NCBI GenBank assembly: GCA_964640155.1
Contig: CAZXEQ010000003.1
Location: 325,498 to 357,497, forward strand
Length of the DNA: 32,000 bases
Source: an uncultured bacterium
Lineage (GTDB): Bacteria > Auribacterota > JACPWU01
Direction of reading: 5' to 3'
Part shown: positions 1 through 12,600 of the stretch, one piece after another
Layout: each line of letters begins with the position of its first letter
How positions within the stretch are numbered: the stretch's first letter is position 1
Made by a program: the position numbers and the translations under genes
Notes under the pieces: generated by a model
Databases searched by the model: none
What the model saw: the letters and a program-made list of their open reading frames with translations, nothing else
Told to the model about the DNA's origin: nothing

Positions 1-600
1 GGAGAAATCATTCGAACGACAAAAGGAAGTCCAGGTTATCTTCATGTCGCAATGCGCCTTTTTGTTTCTCAGGGCTGGATGACAAGAAAAGGTGAGGAGG
101 GTACGGATAATCTGACCTATACCTTGACAGAGGACGGAACTTATATTTTGTCACTTCTGGATTATTATGGGCCTGTGGCTGAGTTTATTGATCAAGCGGT
201 TGGAATAGATGATTATTTGTTCGGGAAATCACGTGCCCCTCCTGCAGATGGACAAAAAAAATCTTATGCGCAGCTGATAGAACTCTCTAAAAATCAATGG
301 AATTTGCCTCCCGAAACAGATTCTCGAAAGAAAATGCTTCGCGAACGTGTGATTCAACAGTTAAACGGAATGCTTTTAGGTCCCACCATGGTTGCTTTAG
401 GAATGCGTGGCGTTTTTGATCAATTTAATCCAGAAACACATTCAGTCACAATAAATCAAATTCAAGGGAATGCGAAACATCTTAAAGAGGCTTTTACTCT
501 TTTAGAACAACAAGGATGGTTAACTCGAAACGGAGATGTTTTCACGCTTACTCATGATGGACGATCGGCTGCAGTTTTAGCATCAGCTTATGGTGTGACT
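1..600 (+). other. Two winged-helix-like units preceding the methyltransferase (ORF-A)
   Basis: The pattern is duplicated: QGWMTRKGEEGTDNLTYTLTEDGTYILSLLDYYG (~67-170) and QQGWLTRNGDVFTLTHDGRSAAVLASAYG (~508-595). It resembles the wHTH dimerisation modules found N-terminal to some SAM-dependent methyltransferases. The call rests on pattern only. Confidence 0.3.
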
Positions 601-3600
601 ACTTCTTATCTACCTCTTTTCTCAAAATTGAAAGAACTTTTAAAAGGTCAAAGTAGAGAAGCGCTTTTTCCTCGTGATAAAAATAACAATGAAACCCATG
701 TCAATCGACCCATGAATGTTTGGGCAAGCGGAGGCGCACATATCGCCTATTTTAAAGAAGCTGATAAAATGATCATTGAAATTTTTAATCGCCCTCTTGA
801 AGAACAGCCTCGTGGTATTGCAGATATGGGATGTGGGGATGGAGCTTTCCTAATTCACTTGCATGAAATTGTGATGAGGACCAAACGAGGAGAGAAGATA
901 AAAGAAACTCTTACGAAAATCTTAGAATTAGAAAGAGAACCTGCTCTTATTAAAGATGGAGGGGCAAAACATCAAGAATATTTATTGGCAAAAGCAGAGT
1001 ATGAAAAATATAAATTAGTTATTGTGGGTGCGGATTTTAATAAGGAGCCCAGAATAATTACTCAAGGGAATTTGGAAAAAGCTGGCATTAAAGATGCAAA
1101 AATTATTTTTGGCAATATTAATGATCCTAAGAAATATGCAGAAGATTTGAGGGCATTGGGACTTGATCCTAAAAGTTTGTTACATGTTAGATCCATGCTT
1201 GATCATAATCGACCCTATGTAACTCCTAAAAATACAGATCATATTCGCGCGGATCGTAAAGCTGATTCGGGTTCTTATGTGAACGACGGGCAGGTTATTC
1301 CCAATAACCAGTTACAGCAAAATTTAGTAGAACATTTAGAGGGCTGGCAAGAACATTGCGTTGGAGATGCAGGGCTGCTTGTGATTGAGCTTCATACCAT
1401 TCCTCCGGAATTGGCTGCGACAAAAATTGGAGATACGCTTGCTACGCCTTATGATGCACATCATGGATTTTCTGATCAGTATATTGCTGAAATTCCCACT
1501 TTTGTAGGAGCGGCAACAGAGGCTGGTCTTGAACTTGTTGAACAGAAGGCCTTTCCAACCACAACTCCTGAAGCTGCAACAGTCAGTATTAATTATTTTA
1601 GAGCGAGTGCAAAAAAGAAGGTTCAAGTTTCTTGGGCAAGATCGTTTGGTAAAGTCTATGCAGTTCATGATGGTCCTGATGGGATTTATCAAGCTTTAAG
1701 ATCTGAAATTACAAAGAAAGATCCACAATTTAATTTTGATTTATTAGAGAAGGCGTATCGATTTGGTGCTGAAAAATATAGGGACATTCGACATGATGGA
1801 AGACCCTACATTGTTCATCCACTTGAAATAGCTCTTTACTTGGTTCGTGTTCTTGGGATTGTGGATCAAGATGCCATTTTAGCTGCGATCTTGCATGATT
1901 TAGTTGAAGATGAAAATGTGCTTCTCAATGAAATCAAAGAAATGTTTGGTGAAAATGTTAGAGCGCTTGTAGACGATCTTTCAGAAGATTCTTCATATCT
2001 TGAAGAGCAAGATAAAGTTTATAAAGCTCAAAATGGTCAAGAGTTAACAGGGAAATTGGCCATGAAAATAGAACATATTGAGCGAGTCGATAAAAAATCC
2101 GGGAAATTATGCATTATCATTAAAATTGTGAATCGTTTGCATAATCTTTTGAGTAATGAATATCCTGTACGCAAAGCTAATTACGGAATGAATCTTTTGG
2201 AAATTCAAAGATGGAGAGTTTTCTTAGATCATCATGTTTCTGATATACCACCTCCTTTGATGGAAGATATTCGTTATTTCTTGGGAAGAAATAAAAAATC
2301 TCCAGATCTGACGCCTGAGGGAGCAGAGATTACAGTAACACATGACGAGCGAAATGCGCCTTTGGGGAAAAGAATTAAAGACAGTGAAGTAACGGAGCTC
2401 TCTATTGATGAGGATGGAAGTCTCAAAGCTGCTTTAGTGATTCATGACTCAAATAAGTCTGAAAGTGAAAGGATAAGAGACTCTCGTAAGTGGAAAGTCG
2501 AAGACGTAAAAAAAGCCGGGACAAAACTTCTTTCAGCAAGAAATAAGCTTATGCAAACTCTTGAAGCACGTTTAGCGAATCCTGAAAGCAGCTTAGCTAA
2601 AACTTACCAATATTTGATTGCAGCAGGAAAAATCGAAAACCAAGAGGCATTTAAAAATCTTTTGCTTGAAAAAGCTAAGCAAATGTCTCTTTTGGTTGTT
2701 GGGGATGAACAAGATTTGTTAAGTGCAGTCATTCATCAAGATGGACCTTATATGCATTGTCGTAGGGGTGTATCAGGCCGACCTCCAGCTCTATGGATGG
2801 GGTATATCACTTTAAAGAGAATGTCTGAAGAAATGTTAACAAGAGCTCTTTTAGATGAAGCTTTGCATGTTGCTTTCCCGGAAGAAGAACATCGAGATAA
2901 AAAAGGAAACGGGACTTTATTACATGATCAAGAATTGTACGAACATTGTGATCAAATTTTAAGATTTGCAAATATTGATTATATTTATCAGAAAATGTAT
3001 CAAGCGCAGCAGGGTATTATCGGGAATCTCGAGATTTTGAGAATGGATATAGATACAATTTCAGAAGAAGATATATTAGCTTTAAAGAAGATTGCCGATG
3101 AACATCCTTCCGATAGAATTTCTTTAGATAGCAGAGAAGAAATAGAACGATGCATAGGAATTTCTAGAAGATTTTTTGATGAGGCAAGAAGAATTGTTCA
3201 AAAATTGCCTTCTTATTTAGAAGATGATGTTCAGGAAATAGCTGAGGAAATCAGAGATGCTATCAGAATTTCTTCTGAGGAGATGAATAAAAATCTTGAT
3301 CTTGCTTATCGTCAATGGTTAGAACATCGATTTTTTGAAAATCCTGGAGAATCTCAACCTATTACACCCCCCGCTGCATTTTGCCAGTTTGATGCTGCTC
3401 CCAATTCTCTTGATGCAATCATGACAGAGATTCGTAAGGCTTATGGGAAAAACCGATTTGATGAGGTTCTCAGGCTTGGGTCAAGTTTAGCAGATGCCAT
3501 TCAAAAGGGACTTGCTATTCCTGATGATGTTCATGTGATGATTGGTAAGGGTTTCTTGGATAGGGCAAGAAGAATGAAAACTCAAGGTAAAATAGAAAAT

Positions 3601-6600
3601 GCTATTCGAGATTTTGATAGGGCCATAGAAAGTTTTGTAACGATGCGCGATAAAGGAGCGGTTAAGGTAGGGGAAGCTTCTGTGGAAAAACCAGTGCTCA
3701 TTGAAGAAGTAAGTAGAGAAATTGTTGTTTATGCAGAAGGTTATGTTGAAAAGGAAAAAGAAAATAGCAGAGAAATTCCTTTAGAAGTTCATTTTGCATT
3801 GGGTCGCGCTTATTTATGGTCTGCTATATGTGAAAAATCCGAAGGCAATATTGCAAAGGCCATGCAGCACTGTGCTCGTGCAATGGATTTTTTGACACAT
3901 TATGCAGCAGCCACTCAAACACCCGTAGTAAGGGGCGCAGCATTGTTAGGGGCACGAAAAGCTCCCACTCAAGGATTTAATGATAATGCAATGCTTTATT
4001 TATCTCAAGCGATGATAGAAAATGGAATAATTCAAATGTTTGCAGGATCTTATGATGCTGCACGTCAAATTTTTCAGCAGACACTGACGTCAAATACAAG
4101 GTTAGGCGAGAAAAAAGCAGAATTACAAAAATTTGTGCAGATATGTAAAGATTTTATTTCCGTTGATAAAGAAATAGTTCAGTTTTCAGGAAGCAAGGAT
4201 GCTGATGCAAGCTCTCTTTTGGGTAAATTAGCAGATTTAGAATCTAGAACTCGTAATAATGAAGATTTGCCATGTGCAGCAGCACAAATTTTTCTTTATC
4301 GATGGATGATTTATTGGAAATTGAAAGATGCTTCTCAAGCCGAGACAAATTTTCAAAAAGCTTTGGAGTCTCGTGATGATCGCTTTTTAATTGCATTTAG
4401 GAGTTTAATCAATGCAATGAGTAAGGCAAAAGTCCTTTGGAATAGAGATTTTTTACAAGCAATTGCTGCAAAGAAAGGACAGCCCTTTTTAAGACGCTTC
4501 TTAAGAGAAATAGTGAAGGATTATTATAGAAGTTTGGATTTGAAAGAATTTCGTGAAGCTGTCATGGAAGTGCTAGGTTTTAAAAGTTTTCGTGAATATG
4601 TTGAATGGCTACTCCAAGAAGAACAAGAAAGAGCTGTAGTAGGGGTTGCGCCAAAAAAAGCAGACGTAGGCTCTCCTATTAATCATCCAGGACTTGTTGC
4701 CCCTTTAATAGAAGCTATACAGGTCTTGCCTAGCGATGATGAGAGAAAAGTATTGGCAGCTAGGCCGGATATTTCTGCTACTCCTGTCCTTCAAGCAGCT
4801 TTAAGAGGGGAGATTCGTCCGATAGCAGATGTTATTAGAATTTCTTTGGAATTAAGGGATGAGTTGGAAAAAATTCAAAAGATTGATGTAGAAGTAGGTG
4901 ATCAAATTGAAATAAGGCAAAAGTGCATTGACATTGCGAAGAAATTTAAAGATGTATGGCTTTTCACGGAAAGTGACTTGGTAAGTGCTTTTTGGGATAA
5001 GTTCTTTACGGTTTTTTCTGGAGAAATGAATCCTGATATAGAGGAAGCACTTAAAATAGGACTTGCCTGGATAGAGAGACATTCTCATAAGTCTCATGAG
5101 CATCAACGTAGCTATATGTATTATCAATGTGGGCAAATCTATTATATGACGAATCTTCGTGCTGAAGCTACGGCATGCTTTCAGAAAGTAATTGAGCAAA
5201 GCTCGTCCGCTGAGTTAAAAATAAGGTCTTATTTTTCCCTAGGTTCATTGCTTTACTTAGAAGTTCGAGATTTAGAGGATGGGGCTGAAAAGACTTCAAA
5301 ATTAAAGCAAGCCAAGGACCTTGTTGCTCGCACATTAACGCAGGAAGCACTCAAGATTGGCGCGATAGATGCTTCTGTTGGTCATATGATGCTTTCTTAT
5401 ATTTGTGCTGAGCTTTGTGAGTATAAGGAGGCTTATGAGCATTTGATGAATGCAAAAACCTATCCTGGAAATTTTCTTTATGCTAAGCGTAAGTTTCTAA
5501 AAAGTTTTGGAGAAAGGTTTGAGAGTTTGACTTCCGGAGAAGATTTAAAAGTTTATAAAGATTTTTTAGTTTTTGCATGCAAACAAGAAAATCAGGAATT
5601 AAGAGATCAGCTTATTCGATTCAGAAGCGTTAAAAATCGAGCGTGGGTGAGAGCCGTGATGGAAGTTTTGAGTAATAAGGGGATTGCATTAAAGCAAAGA
5701 GAAGCAGCTATTGCCTTTTTGCGAGGGATGGATTTAGAGACGGAAAGTGCTGGTTTGATTGGAATTCTTCGAGAGCAAGCGGGTTTTGCGCTGAAACAAC
5801 AGCCTCATTTTTTGTGGGAGGGATTGGAGCTTTTAAGAACTTGTCCGACGCCTGAAGCAAAAGCATTTATTCAAGAAATTCTCGACAATGGCAATTATGC
5901 GAAGGCTGCAGGATATCGCGTGGAAAAAATAAATACGATTGCTAAAGCAAGAGATCAATATGAGAGTTTGCCGGATGTTTTTGAGGTGTCTGATGAGCGA
6001 GCCAAAACATCAAAATATTGTTTAACTCGAAAAGAGTGGAGTCAAATGCTTCTAGATTATTGGCCTTCTGATTCAGAGTGGGATGAATATGTTTTGGAAA
6101 GAGAGAGCTCTAAACTTTCTGATAAGTTTGAGCGTCTTAGCGTTCATGAAATACGTAAACAAATTGAAAAAGCTCGTGAAGAAGGTCTTGCTTATGATGC
6201 AATCATTGGACAATTAGAAGCATTAAATGTTTCAAGAATTAATGTGAATGAAGAGCTTAAGAATTCTCAAATTCGACTTGCAAGAGCTCAGAAACTCATG
6301 GATGAGGGGAATTTTTCAGAAGCAGCTGTAATGCTCTATGAAATTTTAACAGGTCGTTCAAGAGTTCGAGTCGTAGGACTGGAAATGATCATTGCTCATG
6401 AGAGGAATGGAGAAGACAAAGACGTTTTTGTTGTTGTATTAAAAGCTTGGGAATTACTTGAAAGAGCAAACTATTTTATGGAGACAAGGCCTGGGGATTC
6501 TATGCCAACTCTTGAATATGCAAAAGCATTAATTGAAAAATGGAAAGATAAAGATGAAGAACTTCGAACAAAAGATCCTGTTGATATTATGGAGGTTGTT

Positions 6601-9600
6601 AGGGCTTTGTATTTCTTGGAGAGACCACAAGATGCGCTAAGAGTTTTGGAATTAATTCCACCCGTTTTTTTTGATAACTATGGCTATTTTGCTCTTTGGC
6701 GCCTGAGATTAATGTTTAAGACTGACGATGATCGTTTTTTGGGTGAATATGAACGCGTGAAAGAAATGACAGATCCAAAGGCAAAAAATCTATTAGGTAA
6801 ATTTTGTAGAGAAAGAGGGTTGTTTAGCGAGAGCATGGAGGCTTTTCAGGATGCATATACCGGTGCAGATTTTAAACTGACAAATACAAATGAAACCAGA
6901 CCGGGGGCCTTTATAGATGCTGTCCAGGCAGCACAAGTTCCTATTCGTGAAGTTTTTGAGGATGCATTTCTTTCATGTTTTGACATGATGCTAGGATCAA
7001 GCTTACGAAATAAGGGGGCAGATTTTGTTCGTGTTCACCTTCATGAGAATGCATTTGCCGATATGATTTTAATGTCAGCAGAAATGCTTTATGAAGCGGG
7101 CTGTTATTTGGAAGCCTTAAACTTATTAAATCAGCGCTTAAATCAAATAAAAGAAAAAAAACATCTTATTGAATATCATCAATGTCGAGGAAAAATTCTT
7201 GCTGCTTTGAATCGCGATGATGAAGCTTTAAAAGCGTATGAAGAAGCAGTTAAAATTGATGCGAGTAAATTTGAACATTGGAGAGATTTGATAGGAATTT
7301 ATTATGAGAAGAAAGATCGTTCAAATACTATCCGTTGTATTAAGAGGGCGATGAGTGTAGGTGCGTCTGCTGAGACAAGTTATTGTGTGGAAGATATATT
7401 AAAACGTGTGTTGGGTGGTGAAGATGATTCCAAGCTCTGGTTAGCGGATCTTTTGAGCGATCATTCAATTGCAAGTCCAGTAGAAGGCATTGTTTTTGGT
7501 GGTGAAGGTGAAGAAAGAAATGTTCAATTTACGGCTCTTGAAGCGCAAGTAGAAAAAGTTTTTGGTGCAAAAATAAATTTTGTTTTTTCTGAAAATGATA
7601 TTAAAACAAAAAACATCAGTGATGAAATCTTTAATAAGATAAAGACCGCTACAAAAACCAAGAGTCCTTATCTTGAAGAAGTTTTAGGTGAAGGAATGTT
7701 TAATGCAATGGTGCAAGAAGCCATGCGAGCAGATTGCCTAGGAGAAATTTTAAATCTTTTATTTTCTGAAGCAGCTTCAAATATTACTGTTTCAAAAGGG
7801 AAAGGAGTGGCAAAGGCAGGTCGTAGGAATGAAACCCTCAAAGTTGATGGACCCATCATAAATGCAAAATTAATTAACATGGGAGTTCAAGTGATTCAGA
7901 GACTTAAAATTCAAGGCGATACATCTCTTCTAGAGAAAATTGCTAAAGGCCCCTGGGTTGCTGAGACGCCAGAATTTCAGAAAGCACTTAAAGGTGAAGT
8001 TGTTAGAGTTTCTACTGCAGCACTCACACCCGATGCTCAAGGCCCACCTTCTCCAGGAAAAGATCCTGATGCTACCGCAAGCGAAGTTTCTGGAGATGAA
8101 GATGCTGCCATCCTAGCTGCTTTGAAAGAATGTATCCAAGCTTATAGTTCTAATCAGACGCTGTTAGCTTTTCAAAAAGCCCTTGAACTTGCTCCCCGGT
8201 TTAAAAATTTATCAAATAATCCTACGAAAAATCCAAAAGACTTAGAGACCTTTGCAGGAGAAGCAGCAGTGTTGATTGATATTCTGTCTAAGTATGGAGA
8301 TATTCGTTTTGATGCCTCTTTGGAGGAAGGATTAAAGGCTGTTTTGGATTGGACTGTGCGTGCAGGTCCTGCTTTTAAAATTCTTCGAGTTCTTGCGGTA
8401 CATTATCGTGGAAAACTTTATTTGAAGGCACAACAGTTTGCAAAAAGTCGTGCGTTTTTTGCAACTGCTTTGGCTTTGGATCCATCTGAAGTAAAGAATG
8501 TTTTGCCTGACATTGCTGAGGCGTACTTTCAGGAGATGCGAATGTCTAGTGACGTAAATCAAAGGAGAAAACTTGCCCAAGAAGCAATCCCTGTTATTGA
8601 AAATGATTCTTCATGCAACTCTCTTATTGCTTTGGGTTGGTTTTATGCTGAGGTTGGGAGTTATGACAAAGTTTTTGGTGTCATAAAGAAGTTGAATGCT
8701 CAAAGGGCAGTTTTGGCCAAAGGAGGCAAGGACCAGGAAAAAGTTGATGTCGATTTGATTTTTAGAAGCATGATGGCGCGATGTTTTGAAACTTTGCGTG
8801 AAAAAGATATTGAAACGCAGGTGAGATTTATTCAAGTTCTCATAAGTAATCAGTTAGAGTCTGCCTTCGCAGAAACTTTAGAAAGAGGTAAGGAGCAAGG
8901 GCCTTTATGGACACAGGCTTTGATTATTGTGTTAAATCAGGAGATGTCTAGTACTGAAAAAGATCGATTAATTCAACTTTTAAAGGGAGCTGACTTTCGA
9001 GGAGCTGAAGAGCAGTGGCTAGAGATTTTGAGGCAAAAAGCAGATTTATCTGATGCTAAGAAAAAAGAAGCTTTTTTTAAATTTGCTATCCCTGTTTCGG
9101 CGCGTTGTTTTTCTCTTGAAGTAAGAGACTTTTTACAAACATTAAAGCCAGGGTTTTCTTCATCAAAAGATACTACGTTGGCTCAAGCCATCGATCAGGC
9201 TGTTGCATCAATTGAAGGAAATCAGGCTATTGAAACAAAAATCTCTGAAGGAACCAGTTATTTAACCCTCAAAGAATGGCAAGCTTCTTTAAGAAGAGAA
9301 TTGCCTTTGGCTGGAGAATGGGATGAATGGATGTTAGAAGTTGAAACTGCTAAATTTCTTGAAGAATTCCCCTGGATGAAGGCAAGAAAAATTCGAGATG
9401 AACTGGTGAAAGCGCGTCAGTCAAAATTAGATATTGAAGCTGTGCGGTTCAATCTTAAAACTTTAGAAGAAGAGATACAAAGACAGTTTTTCAAGGATAA
9501 AAATTTAAGTCAACTCGAGTCCATTGAGCAGGAAATTCATAAATTGGTTGAGAATGGTCAATGGGATGAGGCTTTTGGCTATATTACTCTAGCCAGAGAA

Positions 9601-12600
9601 GGAAATGCAAAAAAGGGATTCCCGGGATATTATCAACTTTGGAGAAATGCATCAGGGGAGGAAAAGGATAAATATCTCAAGAAACTTCAGGAGATCAGAG
9701 ATTTTGCAGAACATTGGTTCTTTTTATGGAGATTCGAAAGTGACTTGAAAGAAGCAGCAAAGGGTCAAAAAGGCTCGGCAATCGATATTGCTTATGAAAG
9801 AATGGTAAAGCCGTATATAGATACTCCCTCCAAATTAGCTTTGAAAGCTCCTGTCGATTTAGGAGAGATTGCAACCTGTTTTTATGTTGTAGGGGCAAAG
9901 CGAAAAGACACTGCTTTGCAGGATAAGGCCAGGGAAATTCTTGAATCCATCAATTTACAAGAAGTTTTAAAGACAGATTCTGTCAATATTCATCGAGTAG
10001 TTTCGGCGTTTAAAAATATATTGGGGTATGAGAGGGCTAAAGCCGTTCTAGATATGATTGATCTGGCGATCATTAAGAAAGACCAGAGATTAAGAGGTCT
10101 TTATCTTTTGGTGTTTAGTCGTTTAAATGCTGAGGATGCTTTTGTAGTAGAAGCTGATTCTTTTGAACGAGATTTTCCAGATCATGCGCCTCATTATCTA
10201 GGATTAACCTATGAAGCACGTGAAAATCAGGAAAAAAGTCTCGCTTACTATGATCGAGCTTTTCAAGAAGCCCAAATTCATGGTTGGAGTGAAAAATATC
10301 TTAGAGAACACAGCCTCTGGTTGCGACCCGCTGGGATGGCGAGTGTAGAATATAGAATTAGAAGGCTTCGAGGGCTTGTAACTGATAGCGAATATCATTG
10401 GGTGGAATTGATTGATGTGCTCTCATCAAGTGGTCGCTATTTGGAAAGTATGAGACTTGCAAAAGAAAAAATGAGAAGTGTTTCACCAAAAAATCAAATA
10501 GAGCTTCAATGTCATATTGGAGCTTGCTATGAAAACATGGAACGAAGAGAAGAAGCTTTTACTGCTTATGAAGCTGCGCGACTAAAATCTACTGCGAATG
10601 TTGAGACATGGGATAGAATCCAAGTTTTTTGTGTGAGCAGTTTTCTTGTAAGACATCCAAAAGCAGGTGAATGGATAAAACATTTTTATAATGAAGCTAT
10701 TAAAACAAGAAATACAGGGATTATAGATTCCTTTAAAAATTATTTTAGAAAACATGGTCATCCCCTCGATGTAAATGCTTCAGGAGATATTACGATCAGG
10801 TTTTTAGCGCTTGAAAAAATAGTGAAAGAAGCATGTGATTTGGAAATCACTATTCAGATGCCCTTAAATATAGCGTGTTCCTCTGTGGTAGATCGAGAAA
10901 TTGGCAAAATCGTAATCCCTCATTTAAAAGAAAAGTTTCCAAATCTTGTGGGGTTTATAGGAGATGAAATTATTTCTGGTCCTCACTTTGATTTGGAGGG
11001 TAAATCTCCGGATTTTCTTCTAGGGCTTGAAGAAAAATTATCTAAGAAAGAGACAAATATTGCCGATGCTATTGAAGCAGGGACTTCCATTATAAGTTCT
11101 GGTTTAGTGAAAGATGTTAAAGCATTGGTGAATTCACTTTGGACAAGGGTTCAGGCAGGAGATGCTCAAGCAAAGATTTGGTTAGGGGCTTTGGCTCAAG
11201 TTGAGGGAGTAACTGGAGATTTTGGGGATATTAGTATTGAACTTGAAGATGGAAATAAAATAATACGATTCAAGAAAATGGAAGAAGATCTCCAGAGAGA
11301 TCATGGAGTACATGTTGATTTGGTAGTGAGAGTTTCTGAGTTTAAGGATTATGACCCGAGAGCCGTTTTAGATGAAATTGAAGGAAGAATGAGTGCGGAT
11401 ATTGAGGCAAGATTAGAAAGCTCTTCAAATGTGACTCGAGCATTATTTGAGAAATGGAAAAGTGCTCTTGTTTCAGGTTCATTAAAAGATGCTGGGGTTT
11501 TAATCAGGCCACTTTGGAAAAGAGTGAAGGCGGCAGATGCTCAAGCCAGACAATGGCTAGCAGATCTCGTGGGGCTTGAACAAGGCAGAGGAGATTTTGG
11601 AGAAATAAGGATTGAGCTAGGCGCTAAAGGGAATGAGCTTTGTTTAAATCAAGTCGGAGCTGACTTGATTGAAGAAAAGCTTTTGAGAGATGACTCAAGA
11701 GATGAAATGCTTGCAGGGCTTCAAAATGCGTTAACATTTGGACTGGTGTCGAATCCTGCAATTTTAATTAATTCTCTGTGGGCGAAGGTCGTGAGTGGGA
11801 ACCCTCAGGCTGCGTTAGCGCTTGGAAGAGTTGTTGAGACTGTTGCGGATGTAGACGGTGAATATGGCACGTTGAGGATTGAGACACGTGAGGGTGGTGT
11901 TAAAGTGTTACATCGTCGGGATTTCGAAGATCAATTTGAACAGGCTTTTGGTGAGAGAATGCCTTTTGTTCTTACTCCTGCCGAATTGAAAGAATCTGGT
12001 TTGAAAGATGTGCGTGCTGAAATAACTGCCTATGTTCAGCGTAAACTTTTAGAAAAAAGTGACGGTGAGACGCGAACAAAAGTACTTTCAGGCTTAAAAA
12101 CTTTTTTTGATTTAGGGTTAGTTTCTACAGAAACTTTAATTGAATCTTTTTGGACTGGCGCAGTCAGTGGGGATGCTCAAGCAAGAGAAAGTTTATGTGA
12201 TGTGGCTCAAATGGATGGAGTTGTAGGACCATTTGGGAAGTTAAACATTCAAGCAAGAGATGATGGTAGGAAAACTTTTCGATTTATCGAAATTGAGGAG
12301 AATTTTGAGTCAACTTTTTCATCAAAGAGCAATCTTTCGGTTTCAATAGAAGAATTTAAAAAAACAGGTTTTGATACAGTTGAGGAAAGAATAGCGGGAT
12401 GTGTTTTAGAAATATTCAAAACTGCCGGGCAAAAGGATAAAGATGTTATTGCTGGGATTGATCTTGCGTTAGAAGCGGGGTTGATTAGAAATGCTGGTGC
12501 AATAATGCGCACTCTTTTAGTAGAAGTTAAAATGGGGAATGATCGAGCTAGAAAATGGTTATGCGATGTGGCAAGACTTGAGCGAGCTAAAGGAGATTTT

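Noticed and set aside
254-261. Homopolymer tracts (A8 here; also A8 near 7154, T8 near 6665 and at 27513-27520) as phase-variation switches.
   Set aside because: Tracts of 8 are common by composition in AT-rich coding DNA. Without population-level length variation there is no support for phase variation.
1336-1692. This ORF and the other 24 minus-strand ORFs (60-127 aa, for example 13065-13448, 20933-21286, 22943-23266) nested inside the giant genes.
   Set aside because: All lie antisense to very long, motif-bearing reading frames. Their translations are Leu/Phe/Ser/Ile/Lys-rich low-complexity strings typical of the antisense of AT-rich coding DNA. None has a convincing start context or recognisable motif.
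1720-2700. A full bifunctional RelA/SpoT (hydrolase plus synthetase plus TGS/ACT).
   Set aside because: Only the HD hydrolase motifs are present. The sequence after VNRLHNLL shows no synthetase signature and no TGS/ACT-like regions.
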